In this document: piece by piece, positions 1-8,092 of the stretch | Position numbering within the stretch: the first letter of the stretch is position 1 | How the letters are laid out: each line of letters begins with the position of its first letter | Virus genome (UHGV): UHGV-0227898 | DNA: 35,614 bases | Strand: one strand, 5' to 3' | Source of the DNA: a virus | Notes under the pieces: model-generated | What the model saw: the letters and a program-made list of their open reading frames with translations, nothing else | What the model was told of the DNA's origin: nothing | The model's database searches: none | Program-made: the position numbers and the translations under genes

Positions 1-2778
1 ATGTCGGTACCCAACCAGACGCCCTATATTATTTATAATGCCAACGGTCTGACGACCGTTTTCCCGTTTGAGTTCTATATCATCAACGCCGGTGATATTC
101 AGATAAGTATCAACGGTACCGTAGTTACCAGCGGATATTCTGTTACAGGCGTCGGGAACATCGGAGGAGGTGATGTTACGTTCCTTACGCCACCAGCAAG
201 CGGGAATGTGGTAATGCTGGAGCGTGTTGTCCCAACCTACCGCCTGACCGATTACCAGGACAACGGCGATCTGCTGGCCGACACGGTAAATAAAGACTTT
301 GACCGCCTCTGGATGGCTATCCAGCGTTCTTTTATATATCTTGGGCTGGCATTGCGCAGACCGTTGCTGGGTGGTCCGTTTAATGCAGAAGGGTATCGGA
401 TTGCAAATCTGGGCGAGCCAGTTGATAGCCAGGATGCCGCCACCAAAAATTATGTTGATCAGGTTGGTCAAACAAATCTAAATCGCGTAATTCGCGTACC
501 TGAAAGCTACGTTAATCCGGTACCGACAGTAGCCGCACGTAAAAACATGGTGTTTGCCTGGAATGGTGACGGCAACCCAATCGCTGTTCTCCCGCAGTCA
601 GGTTCGGCATCTGATGTCATGATTGAATTGGCAAAACCAACAGGGACGAACTTGATTGGGTATGGCAGTGACATCCTGACTAACTCGATAAGCCGGACAC
701 TAAAATCATTTGGTGCAACGGGTGATGGGTCTGCTTTGGATAATATCGCCGTCATTCTTGCTGATGCCTGGAGTATTTCATCTGGCAAACCGGTAATTGT
801 AACAAACGGGCAATATAAGCTGCTGAACGTACAACTAGGTGGTGAGTATTGGTTCGATAAAGATGCATGGTTTGTTAACGAAGCATTAGGCGCAACTGAC
901 AATATTGTAATCGCCAAGCCCGGATTAAAGCTGAGAGGTTGGAACACAAGGGTAGGATGTGCGGCCTGGCCTACCAGTGGGAACTACGGGAATGCGCTAC
1001 TCGTTGGTTCTTACTATCAACCCGCAGATGATTCCGGGCTTGTTAATGACATTGAGATCTATGACTTTACAATAGTAGGAACGACGACTGCCTTTAGTGG
1101 CCAGGCAATGGAAGGTCTGGGGAACATTGATGGTGTTAAGGTTAAGCGCGGCAAGTGCATAGGGCAGGGTACAGGGATGCTGTTCCATTGGGGTGGTGAT
1201 GTTGATTTGTCCAACCCGCATACAGGTACTGTTACTTATAGCCATCACCCGAGAAACATCGAAGTCGAAGATGTTCAGTTCCTTAGCTCAGACGGGGTTA
1301 CTCCCCGGGCAATCGGTCTTTATTTCAGTGCTTGCTATAATGTAAAAGCCCATAATATTTATGGTGAAAGATGCCCAGCACTTATTAGCGCTAAGCCAGG
1401 TGATGTTTATGATCAGGTGGCTGTAGCTCGCGATAAAGGGAAAGTGCACACAGGCATTGATATTGACAACTGTTATTCAAGACTGCCTCCTGACACGAGC
1501 AGTTCAATGATCGCCATTACCGGTGTTCCTGATACCTATCGTACATCTTCAACACGACTATCTGCACTTGATCCTGCCTCACCTTCAGAAATTACTGCTA
1601 ATAACATTACAGTAGATCTCGGAACAACAGCATATACGAACCCAATGATTCTTGTCCGTGGCGCCAAAAATGTAAAAGGTTCATTTAATGTTGTTGGCGG
1701 TAAAAACACGGTGAATCCATGGGCGTTAATAGACTACACGGTGAAGTCGAAAATAAGGTTTTCAGGTTCGTGTCCTGGTGGAGTGCAGTCTCGTGGATTT
1801 GGGTCTTCAATATCTGAGCATGCTCAGCATTGTGATGAATCAGTTTCTTACTCGTCAACTATGGTCGGCTTCAAACCACAAACCTTTACCCAAACTGGTA
1901 TTACGCTACAGTCTGCTGTAGCGGTAGGCAATACATCAGTCAGTGTTCAGGCAACAGCAGACTCCATAATTTTTTACGGTGCCATGCTTTACAGTGGATC
2001 CGTCTACATAGGTAAAGTGACCAGAACAACCTGGCTCATCGCCGGAGTGACAAACACCATTCCAGTGACTAAGTCAACTAGCGCCGTATCCTCTGGGTCA
2101 GCAATTACGTCGTATCTTACTTCTGAAGGACTTAAGGTAACCGGCACAATTTCCGGTTTTATGTACAACGTTCAGTCAACCAACACGTGGGGTATTGATT
2201 TCGCCGTCAACATTGAAAGAGGGTATCGCGGAGGAATTCTTTGTGATGGAACATACTGTCGTTCTGCTAAGTTCTCAGGCTCTTACGATGGGGTTGGCTG
2301 GGAGGATGGGGCAGCAGTAAATGCAAATATCCATGTGACGGCAACAACTGTAAGAAACGTTACCATTAACGGGTGCAGATTTGACGCTGACGAAACAAAC
2401 CCTACCATCGACATCCATGTTCTGGTATCAACGACAGATCACGCTGGTGTTATTATTTCAGAGAATACCGGGACAGTTCCAAGCGCCGTTGCTTTCAGTA
2501 TTAGCAACTCGACAGTTGCAGAAGCGTATTCCATGCAGCAGATATATGGTAACCATATAAATGGATTGCAGGCACCAGTGGCCACAGCCACCGGAATGTA
2601 TGTTGGTGGTTATTTCCGTGGCGTGGTTAGAAACAATGCTGTCCCTACTACAGGATACTGGAATGTAGGTGACAAAGTAGACAGACCTAGTATATCAACT
2701 GGTGGGCAAGAGGGGTGGGCCTGCACAGTCGGTGGAAGCCCTGGAACGTGGGTTGGGTATGGGGTTATAGGGTCATAG
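1..2778 (+). CDS. Tail fibre / tailspike: T7 gp17-like N-terminal tail-adaptor domain fused to a long beta-helix (pectate-lyase-like) C-terminal domain, probably a polysaccharide/O-antigen depolymerase receptor-binding protein
   Basis: 925-aa ORF from ATG at position 1. N-terminus (FPFEFY..., RLTDYQDNGDLLADTV..., GYRIANLGEPVDSQDAATKNYVDQ) aligns by eye with the T7 gp17 N-terminal domain (IPFEYL..., RLVDFTDGSIL..., GRRIVNLANAVDDRDAVPFGQL). Remainder is Gly/Thr/Ser/Asn/Val-rich as in beta-helix tailspikes. Confidence 0.75.
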   Translation: MSVPNQTPYIIYNANGLTTVFPFEFYIINAGDIQISINGTVVTSGYSVTGVGNIGGGDVTFLTPPASGNVVMLERVVPTYRLTDYQDNGDLLADTVNKDFDRLWMAIQRSFIYLGLALRRPLLGGPFNAEGYRIANLGEPVDSQDAATKNYVDQVGQTNLNRVIRVPESYVNPVPTVAARKNMVFAWNGDGNPIAVLPQSGSASDVMIELAKPTGTNLIGYGSDILTNSISRTLKSFGATGDGSALDNIAVILADAWSISSGKPVIVTNGQYKLLNVQLGGEYWFDKDAWFVNEALGATDNIVIAKPGLKLRGWNTRVGCAAWPTSGNYGNALLVGSYYQPADDSGLVNDIEIYDFTIVGTTTAFSGQAMEGLGNIDGVKVKRGKCIGQGTGMLFHWGGDVDLSNPHTGTVTYSHHPRNIEVEDVQFLSSDGVTPRAIGLYFSACYNVKAHNIYGERCPALISAKPGDVYDQVAVARDKGKVHTGIDIDNCYSRLPPDTSSSMIAITGVPDTYRTSSTRLSALDPASPSEITANNITVDLGTTAYTNPMILVRGAKNVKGSFNVVGGKNTVNPWALIDYTVKSKIRFSGSCPGGVQSRGFGSSISEHAQHCDESVSYSSTMVGFKPQTFTQTGITLQSAVAVGNTSVSVQATADSIIFYGAMLYSGSVYIGKVTRTTWLIAGVTNTIPVTKSTSAVSSGSAITSYLTSEGLKVTGTISGFMYNVQSTNTWGIDFAVNIERGYRGGILCDGTYCRSAKFSGSYDGVGWEDGAAVNANIHVTATTVRNVTINGCRFDADETNPTIDIHVLVSTTDHAGVIISENTGTVPSAVAFSISNSTVAEAYSMQQIYGNHINGLQAPVATATGMYVGGYFRGVVRNNAVPTTGYWNVGDKVDRPSISTGGQEGWACTVGGSPGTWVGYGVIGS

Positions 2779-2784
2779 CATAAA

Positions 2785-2800
2785 AGCCCCGAAAGGGGCT
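2785..2800. terminator. Hairpin agcccc-gaaa-ggggct between the convergent tail fibre and acyltransferase genes. On the minus strand it is followed by a U-tract, so it is a factor-independent terminator mainly for the minus-strand cassette
   Basis: Perfect 6-bp stem with GAAA tetraloop. Reverse complement is followed by ttttatgc. Overlaps the acyltransferase stop codon. Confidence 0.6.
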
Positions 2801-3876
2801 TACATGAATCGTTTTATAAGATTTGGGTTTTCAACGTACTCAGATGCTTTATATGCAAACGCTAACGCAATAACTACGGCGCATAATGCTATGGGAAGCG
2901 CGCTGTAGAATCCGCCCATAACCCTGCTTTCAAATATGCCGATCATAAACATAATAATTGGATAATGGACGATATAAAGCGTATAAGAGTATCTGGAAGA
3001 TGATGGGATAATGTTTATTCTTATATTCATGCACAGAATAAACAGATAAGTTAGTGAGGCAAATGTAAGGCCAAACCACATATTATACATAGTGTAATCA
3101 CCGCCGCTTACGATGAAATTCGAGCCGTTAGCAAAGGCGAACCACGAAGTTATTGCGGTTAAAACGCATGCAATTGCAACATGCATTTTTCCTTTTGCCT
3201 CAATCAGTGAGAGCACAAGCCCTGCAAACCATACGGAACCGAATATCATGAATTTTATATTTGCACCTGAAATTGCATATGCCAGAATAAATGCCAGTAA
3301 TATATAAAACGGCCTCTTTGTAAAAAGCAAGGCTGCTAAAACGTAATACCATGCTTCAAATGGAAGACTCCATAGTGGGGTATTGAAAGGCGTACCTTGG
3401 GGAAGTAGGCCGTTAGTGAAAGTCAGAACAGAGAGTATCTGTGACGGCCAATAGAAGATACCTCTACCTTTAATGAACTCATCCACAGTTGTCGAGAATT
3501 TCTGTGCGCCAGATTCAAAAACATACGGCGCTATTTGAGCCATTATCAAAATGATGATTAATGAAAGAATCAATGGTGGATAGATTCGATGAAAGCGACT
3601 GATTGCATATTCACTCATAGAAAATGAGCCATTGCGGGAAATATTATTCTGAATCGATACTCCGATTAGATATCCGGACATGACGAAAAATATCATGACA
3701 CTCGACTGAGCAATTAGGCCAACCGTTCGATACCATTCTGGATGGTATCTTGCAAGGATGAACTGGAATGTGTGGGCAAGAAAAACGGCAATTGCAGCGA
3801 TTCCTCGCATGGATTCAAGAGAAACTTTTTGGTTTTCAGTTATTTTTTTCATATTCCGTAAACAATAACGGCGCAT
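2800..3876 (-). CDS. Integral-membrane acyltransferase family 3 (OafA/Oac-like O-antigen or polysaccharide O-acetyltransferase); lysogenic-conversion candidate
   Basis: 358 aa, about 10 hydrophobic helices. N-terminal signature SLESMRGIAAIAVFLAH (RGxAA...H) typical of Acyltransferase_3. AT-rich codon usage unlike neighbouring phage genes. Confidence 0.8.
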   Translation of the reverse strand: MRRYCLRNMKKITENQKVSLESMRGIAAIAVFLAHTFQFILARYHPEWYRTVGLIAQSSVMIFFVMSGYLIGVSIQNNISRNGSFSMSEYAISRFHRIYPPLILSLIIILIMAQIAPYVFESGAQKFSTTVDEFIKGRGIFYWPSQILSVLTFTNGLLPQGTPFNTPLWSLPFEAWYYVLAALLFTKRPFYILLAFILAYAISGANIKFMIFGSVWFAGLVLSLIEAKGKMHVAIACVLTAITSWFAFANGSNFIVSGGDYTMYNMWFGLTFASLTYLFILCMNIRINIIPSSSRYSYTLYIVHYPIIMFMIGIFESRVMGGFYSALPIALCAVVIALAFAYKASEYVENPNLIKRFM

Positions 3877-3934
3877 AAGCGCCGTGCAAATAAAAACAAG
3901 GTGTCCAATTTATATCATATTTGTGAGGTTATCA
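3877..3934 (-). other. Intergenic hairpin (cggcgc-ttat-gcgccg on the transcribed strand) between the dioxygenase-like gene and the acyltransferase gene
   Basis: Perfect 6-bp GC stem at 3910-3925 followed on the minus strand by a T-rich stretch. Could be an attenuator or mRNA stabiliser within the two-gene cassette. Confidence 0.35.
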
Positions 3935-4753
3935 TCACAAAAATGCCAAAGAATACTCGTAGCGATCACCATTTTTCCTAATGATGGCATTGTCAATTAA
4001 TCCAGTTTTGTTCAGGGCATCGTAGGCATCCGGGGAGAATGTTACCTTACCCGTTCTGCTCATAGCAGGGCCGCATGGGGATTTACCAGCGATAATGTTA
4101 GCCTTATTACGATCGATGTACTCCATGACAAGAACTGCACGTAGTCCCGCCGGCTCTTCATATAACCCTCTGTGCAAGCATGCGGTATCGAACATGGCTA
4201 TATCACCAGATTTATAGGCCAGCTTAACTTGGTTATCTGCATTCTCGATGTCACGCTTACCAACAAATCTAGCAATTTCGCTCTTGCGAGGGGTATAGGG
4301 CTTGTTGTAGCTGTTAGGGATTACTACCGTTGGTGTGTTTCCATTTCCTTCAAAACACACGTAGATCTTGATTCGGTGCCCTACGTTATCATCATGCCAG
4401 GAGTTTGAGAGGCTCCACTCCTGTCGCTTATCCGGGTCGTACCAAAACAGATAGATATCATCGAGGCGAGTATCCTCGCCAAGGAAACTAACAATTTTTT
4501 CTTTGAAATCGGTTGTGATTTTTGCAGCTAACTCTCCAATCTCGCTTTCAATATCATTGCTGCGCGCGACGCCTTGAGGGCTGTATTTTTCTGGGTACCC
4601 TAACGCGAATGGAGTGAAATAGCTTGGATGGAATTCCGCTCCAGCCCATTTAGTATGATCGACCTTCTCATCCATGCGCCGGATTGTGGATGTTATCTGT
4701 TTTTTATGCAGCCAGTTTTTAAGAGAGAATGCGACTTTCCTTAGACTCTTCAT
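3935..4753 (-). CDS. Putative Fe(II)/2-oxoglutarate-dependent dioxygenase of the PhyH-like type (function unknown), co-oriented with the acyltransferase
   Basis: 272 aa. WHDD (His-x-Asp) then LHRG His about 73 residues later and an Arg 10 residues after that (LRAVLV), matching the HxD...H...R facial triad plus 2OG-binding Arg spacing of PhyH-family enzymes. No TM segments. AT-rich. Confidence 0.4.
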   Translation of the reverse strand: MKSLRKVAFSLKNWLHKKQITSTIRRMDEKVDHTKWAGAEFHPSYFTPFALGYPEKYSPQGVARSNDIESEIGELAAKITTDFKEKIVSFLGEDTRLDDIYLFWYDPDKRQEWSLSNSWHDDNVGHRIKIYVCFEGNGNTPTVVIPNSYNKPYTPRKSEIARFVGKRDIENADNQVKLAYKSGDIAMFDTACLHRGLYEEPAGLRAVLVMEYIDRNKANIIAGKSPCGPAMSRTGKVTFSPDAYDALNKTGLIDNAIIRKNGDRYEYSLAFL

Positions 4754-4831
4754 ATCATTGCCTGTGTAAATAGTAAGATAAAATAAAATTTAATCATAAT
4801 GTGAGTTTAGCTTTTCGCAAAGTGTTTATAT

Positions 4832-4847
4832 GGTCGGGATTCCGACC
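4832..4847. repeat. Copy 1 of the perfect 16-bp palindrome GGTCGGGATTCCGACC, 54 bp upstream of the holin start in the divergent region between the accessory cassette and the lysis cassette
   Basis: Exact match to copies at 23368, 33582 and 35515. Conserved 5' flank T-GG. Confidence 0.9.
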
Positions 4848-4901
4848 GCCAGCCCCCCTTACTCTCACGGAACAAAACAAACTTCCCTCTGGGGGTAAGG
4901 T

Positions 4902-5138
4902 ATGAGGATGAACAACCTTTCAGACGCAGCGGCGGGGCTGTCGTACGGCACATCTATTGGCAGCTTTGGTTACTGGCTGCTGCAACTTCTCGATAAAGTG
5001 AGCCCAAGTCAGTGGGCTGCTATTGGGGTACTCGGTAGCCTCTTATTGGGTTTGCTCACCTACCTGACAAATCTCTATTTCAAAATCAAAGATGACCGTC
5101 GAAAAGAGGCTCGGGACAATGGCTACCAGCAAAACTAG
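4902..5138 (+). CDS. Class II holin of the phage 21 S21 pinholin type with dual-start motif (Met1-Arg2-Met3, antiholin/holin)
   Basis: 78 aa. The sequence ...[58 protein letters not shown]... is near-collinear with S21 as I recall it (...[57 protein letters not shown]...). Two TMDs, the first Gly/Ser-rich. MRM start. Confidence 0.85.
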   Translation: MRMNNLSDAAAGLSYGTSIGSFGYWLLQLLDKVSPSQWAAIGVLGSLLLGLLTYLTNLYFKIKDDRRKEARDNGYQQN

Positions 5139-5658
5139 GCTCAGCGCTGCTGTTTTGGGGCTGATTCTTGCTGGCGCTTCTGCCCCGCAAATCCTCGATC
5201 AGTTCCTGAATGAGAAAGAGGGTAACAGCCTCACTGCGTACAGAGACGGGGGCGGCATCTGGACAATTTGTCGTGGCGCCACGATGGTTGATGGCAAACC
5301 GGTGGTGCAGGGCATGAAGCTGACGCAGGCGAAATGCGACCGGGTAAATGCTATCGAACGGGATAAGGCTCTGGCCTGGGTTGACCGGAATATAATGGTG
5401 CCGCTGACCGAACCGCAGAAAGCGGGTATTGCTTCGTTCTGCCCGTACAACATCGGCCCCGGTAAATGTTTCCCCTCAACGTTCTATAAGCGTATCAATG
5501 CCGGCGACCGTAAAGGTGCATGCGAGGCGATCCGCTGGTGGATTAAAGACGGTGGCCGCGACTGCCGGCTGACCAAAGGCCAGAAGAATGGCTGTTATGG
5601 TCAGGTTGACCGCCGGGATCAGGAAAGCGCACTAACGTGCTGGGGGATAGACCAGTGA
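5119..5658 (+). CDS. SAR (signal-anchor-release) endolysin, T4-lysozyme-like muramidase of the P21 R21 type
   Basis: Start chosen at ATG 5119 (AAGAGG 10 nt upstream), not 5092. N-terminal Gly/Ala-rich weak [18 protein letters not shown]. Catalytic E-x8-D-x5-T triad in [20 protein letters not shown]. Overlaps the holin 3' end as in the phage 21 cassette. Confidence 0.85.
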   Translation: MATSKTRLSAAVLGLILAGASAPQILDQFLNEKEGNSLTAYRDGGGIWTICRGATMVDGKPVVQGMKLTQAKCDRVNAIERDKALAWVDRNIMVPLTEPQKAGIASFCPYNIGPGKCFPSTFYKRINAGDRKGACEAIRWWIKDGGRDCRLTKGQKNGCYGQVDRRDQESALTCWGIDQ

Positions 5659-6017
5659 CCATTAAATCGAAGTTGTTAGCGCTGGCCGTTCTGCTGGCGC
5701 TCTTTGCTGGTACGTATTATGCCGGTTACCTGAAAGGCTGGTATTCACACAGCGACAAAGTAAACAGCGAGCATAAAGCGAAAAACAAAAAGGCTGAGAA
5801 AGCCGTCGCCACTAGTGAGCAGAAAGCGGCAGCGGCCAGCGCAGAAGGCAGGGTGATTTACCGGACCATTTACCGAGACGTGGTGAAATATGTTAACGAC
5901 CCGAATCATATTAAGTGCAATTTTGACGATCACGCTGTGCAGCTGCGCCAACGAGCTCTCGATGCGGCCAACTCCATCAGCGGATTTGATGCAGGAGCCG
6001 TGCAAGGGAGCGAGTAA
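5637..6017 (+). CDS. Rz-like i-spanin (inner-membrane spanin subunit)
   Basis: N-terminal TMD KLLALAVLLALFAGTYYAGY, then a charged, coiled-coil-like periplasmic part. Position directly after the endolysin. Start may be GTG 5655 (GGGGGA SD). Confidence 0.7.
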   Translation: MLGDRPVTIKSKLLALAVLLALFAGTYYAGYLKGWYSHSDKVNSEHKAKNKKAEKAVATSEQKAAAASAEGRVIYRTIYRDVVKYVNDPNHIKCNFDDHAVQLRQRALDAANSISGFDAGAVQGSE

Positions 6018-6132
6018 AGCTGGAACAGACAGCGACGAAGACCTGCAAGCGGACATCGAAACAGCGGAATGCCTGCGCCAGTTACGGCTGGATAAATATC
6101 GTTGGCAAGCTTGGTACAGGGCTACAGAATAG
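5890..6132 (+). CDS. Rz1-like o-spanin lipoprotein, +1 frame, overlapping (not fully embedded in) the Rz gene and extending 115 bp past it
   Basis: Signal peptide plus Cys-containing lipobox-like LTITLCSC, Pro-rich mature part. Frame overlapping Rz. Confidence 0.6.
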   Translation: MLTTRIILSAILTITLCSCANELSMRPTPSADLMQEPCKGASKAGTDSDEDLQADIETAECLRQLRLDKYRWQAWYRATE

Positions 6133-6153
6133 CGAATTTTTATTCACTAACCA

Positions 6154-6163
6154 TTCCGAAGAT
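6154..6163. repeat. Candidate integrase arm-type site TTCCGAAGAT (P arm); same 9-10-mer recurs twice at 6402-6422 (P' arm)
   Basis: Three copies of TCCGAAGAT flanking the tRNA-fragment core. Confidence 0.4.
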
Positions 6164-6276
6164 TGATAGCGAGTTGGTTGTAAGTGTATGTATTTTAGGT
6201 GTTGTAATTTTGCGCTATGTTCGGAAAAAATCCATAATGCATTGATTGTTCTAGTTTTAACAACCAATTTAAAATC

Positions 6277-6322
6277 CCTCGGCGTTCGCGCTGTGTGGGT
6301 TCAAGTCCCACTCCGGGTACCA
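6277..6322 (+). other. 3'-terminal fragment of a tRNA gene (T-arm GTGGG-TTCAAGT-CCCAC, acceptor 3' strand TCCGGGT, discriminator A, CCA): attP/att core carrying the tRNA 3' end
   Basis: Canonical T-stem/loop and ACCA end at 6295-6322. No D-arm or anticodon arm upstream (AT-rich phage DNA), so only the 3' part is present, as in phages that integrate into tRNA genes and rebuild the 3' end. Confidence 0.55.
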
Positions 6323-6363
6323 TGGGAAACAAAGAATAATCAAAGCAATAAGCAGTGTCGTGA

Positions 6364-6387
6364 AACCACCGAAAGGTGGTTTTTTTG
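6364..6387 (+). terminator. Rho-independent terminator (aaccacc-gaaa-ggtggtt-TTTTTTGTT) downstream of the tRNA fragment
   Basis: 7-bp stem, GAAA loop, T6 tract. Expected position of a reconstituted tRNA terminator. Confidence 0.7.
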
Positions 6388-6408
6388 TTATGTACCCATT
6401 TTTCCGAA

Positions 6409-6442
6409 GATGCGTCCGAAGATGATTTTCCCTCGGACGCAT
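6409..6442 (-). promoter_or_regulatory. 10-bp perfect inverted repeat (ATGCGTCCGA ... TCGGACGCAT, 14-nt loop) 7 nt downstream of the int stop codon: sib-like retroregulation/terminator hairpin candidate
   Basis: Seen directly; location relative to int mirrors lambda sib. Confidence 0.4.
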
Positions 6443-6448
6443 AACCAA

Positions 6449-7501
6449 TCAGTTTTTCTGACCGCCAACAACTGGTACCACTTTTACTTTTCTGTCATAA
6501 ATTGCCGTTTGTCGCGAGTTCTTATGGCCGGAAATTGCCTGTTTCTCTTCAAGGCTGCCCTCCAGATCTGAAATGCCTTTTGCTTTCAGATCGTGGAAAG
6601 TGAAATCAATCGACAGGTGAGGGTACTTAGCCTGGGCTGCGAGTTTTGCCTCTCGCCAGCGCGAATTAAAGCCATCTCGGGTGTATTTGCTTCCACTGGG
6701 TTGATGGATAAGAAACAGGCTCCTTATGCCAGGTTTTAGCGGCAGCGCGCGCGCCAGCGAAACCGCTGCACGTAAACGAGGTGTCCATGCCTTGATCTGC
6801 TTCACGCCAGTTTTACCCTGGCGGATAAATATCCCCATGTCGCTGATCTGCTCTTCACTTAAAGACAGGACATCGCTCTGCCTGGCAACGCATAAATAAG
6901 CGATCTCCATTGCTGCACGGACCACATCAGCCCCCACCTCATACACGGCGTTGTATTCTTCATCCGTCACATAGCGCTCTCGTGATACCTCCTTGAACTG
7001 CTTAACCCCCTGACATGGATTTCTTTCCACATATCCACGCTCGTAGCCCCAACGAAATACCCGCGAAAGGAAACTCTTTTCCCTGTTCGCCTGCGTTCGG
7101 CTTGATATGCCGCGCTGATCCATATAGCGCCGGATATGCTCAGGTTTTATTTTGTTGGGGTCAGTTTTACCGAAAACAGGTAACACCTTAACCGAATATT
7201 TCGTGTAATCTTTTCTGGTTTCCGGTGACAAATCCATAAAGTCAGGCGAGGTCATAAACATATCCGCGAGATTCTGGAATGTATTTTTCCTCACTTCTTC
7301 GCCCACAGCTTTTTCATACGCCAGCCAGACCGATGCCTGTGTTTCGTTAAGGGCACACAGGCGAACGGCTTTGTTATCTTTGGTCCGAAATTCATAAGCT
7401 GCTTTGCCGCGATATACACGCGGTGGCATCCAGCTGTCGGCGGGGTTTTTACGCTTTCCGGACATTAAATACGGCTCCGAAATCTGGTTCTTCATCCTCA
7501 C
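6449..7501 (-). CDS. int: Tyrosine site-specific integrase (lambda/P22-like)
   Basis: 350 aa. Arm-binding-like N-terminus, C-terminal catalytic region with R...HxxR...Y-type spacing. Adjacent to att and xis. Alternative start at 7462 (MSGKRKN). Confidence 0.85.
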   Translation of the reverse strand: MRMKNQISEPYLMSGKRKNPADSWMPPRVYRGKAAYEFRTKDNKAVRLCALNETQASVWLAYEKAVGEEVRKNTFQNLADMFMTSPDFMDLSPETRKDYTKYSVKVLPVFGKTDPNKIKPEHIRRYMDQRGISSRTQANREKSFLSRVFRWGYERGYVERNPCQGVKQFKEVSRERYVTDEEYNAVYEVGADVVRAAMEIAYLCVARQSDVLSLSEEQISDMGIFIRQGKTGVKQIKAWTPRLRAAVSLARALPLKPGIRSLFLIHQPSGSKYTRDGFNSRWREAKLAAQAKYPHLSIDFTFHDLKAKGISDLEGSLEEKQAISGHKNSRQTAIYDRKVKVVPVVGGQKN

Positions 7502-7697
7502 GTACCGGGGAGGTTTCCTGGTTGCGGTATTTTATGGGGTTCATGAAATGCCCCCATGTTGTTTTAGGGTGGCCGTCCGCTCTTTCCATAAAGAATATCC
7601 CGGCTCGACGCAGAGCATCACACTGTTTTGATTTAAGTGGCGTCCCCGTCAGTTCTATCATCTCTTCTCTGGTGATGATGTCGTGATCGTGTCTCAT
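7449..7697 (-). CDS. xis: Excisionase / Xis-like small DNA-binding protein
   Basis: 82 aa, overlaps the int 5' end. RBS GAGGAAAGACC-ATG (conserved cassette). Confidence 0.6.
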   Translation of the reverse strand: MRHDHDIITREEMIELTGTPLKSKQCDALRRAGIFFMERADGHPKTTWGHFMNPIKYRNQETSPVREDEEPDFGAVFNVRKA

Positions 7698-7869
7698 GGT
7701 CTTTCCTCAGCATGCGGTATATCGCATCGTCAGCGTCACTACAGGCGCGTTCTATGTCTGACCTGGTCAGGGTCTTCTTTCGTACACTCGCTGATAATTT
7801 TCCGATCTTGGTATCAAAGTCTGAGAGCAGGATTGCTCCGGGTTGCCAGTGCAGCATTGCGGCCTCCAT
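7698..7869 (-). CDS. Hypothetical small early protein
   Basis: GGAGG 8 nt upstream of ATG 7869. Full ORF (7633..7869) overlaps xis in another frame, so the 3' end is uncertain. Confidence 0.35.
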
Positions 7870-7907
7870 TAAGTGTTTGAGGCCACAATGCTATCGGCTT
7901 AAAGGGA

Positions 7908-8090
7908 TTAATTCTGATTACGCTTAATCAGGTTATCTTTCAGAAACGCGCCTTTCTCGCGTGTAACCTTGACGTTCTCCGGAAGATGTAACCCCAACTC
8001 ACTGCGGCTACAAGCTTCGATGATCCCGTTTGTTCCATCAGGAAACACCACGTGTACCGCATCACCTCTTTTGAGAGTCAGTTTCAGCAT
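7908..8090 (-). CDS. Hypothetical 60-aa early protein
   Basis: ORF tightly packed between neighbours, ATG start 2 nt after the upstream stop. Confidence 0.45.
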   Translation of the reverse strand: MLKLTLKRGDAVHVVFPDGTNGIIEACSRSELGLHLPENVKVTREKGAFLKDNLIKRNQN

Positions 8091-8092
8091 GA

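Noticed and set aside
5092-5118. Upstream ATG start for the endolysin (ORF track start 5092)
   Set aside because: ATG 5119 has a proper AAGAGG SD and yields the canonical SAR N-terminus. 5092 lacks an SD and lies inside the holin.
6277-6322. A complete tRNA gene
   Set aside because: Only the T-arm and 3' acceptor strand are present; no D-arm or anticodon arm upstream. Treated as an att-site fragment, not a functional tRNA.
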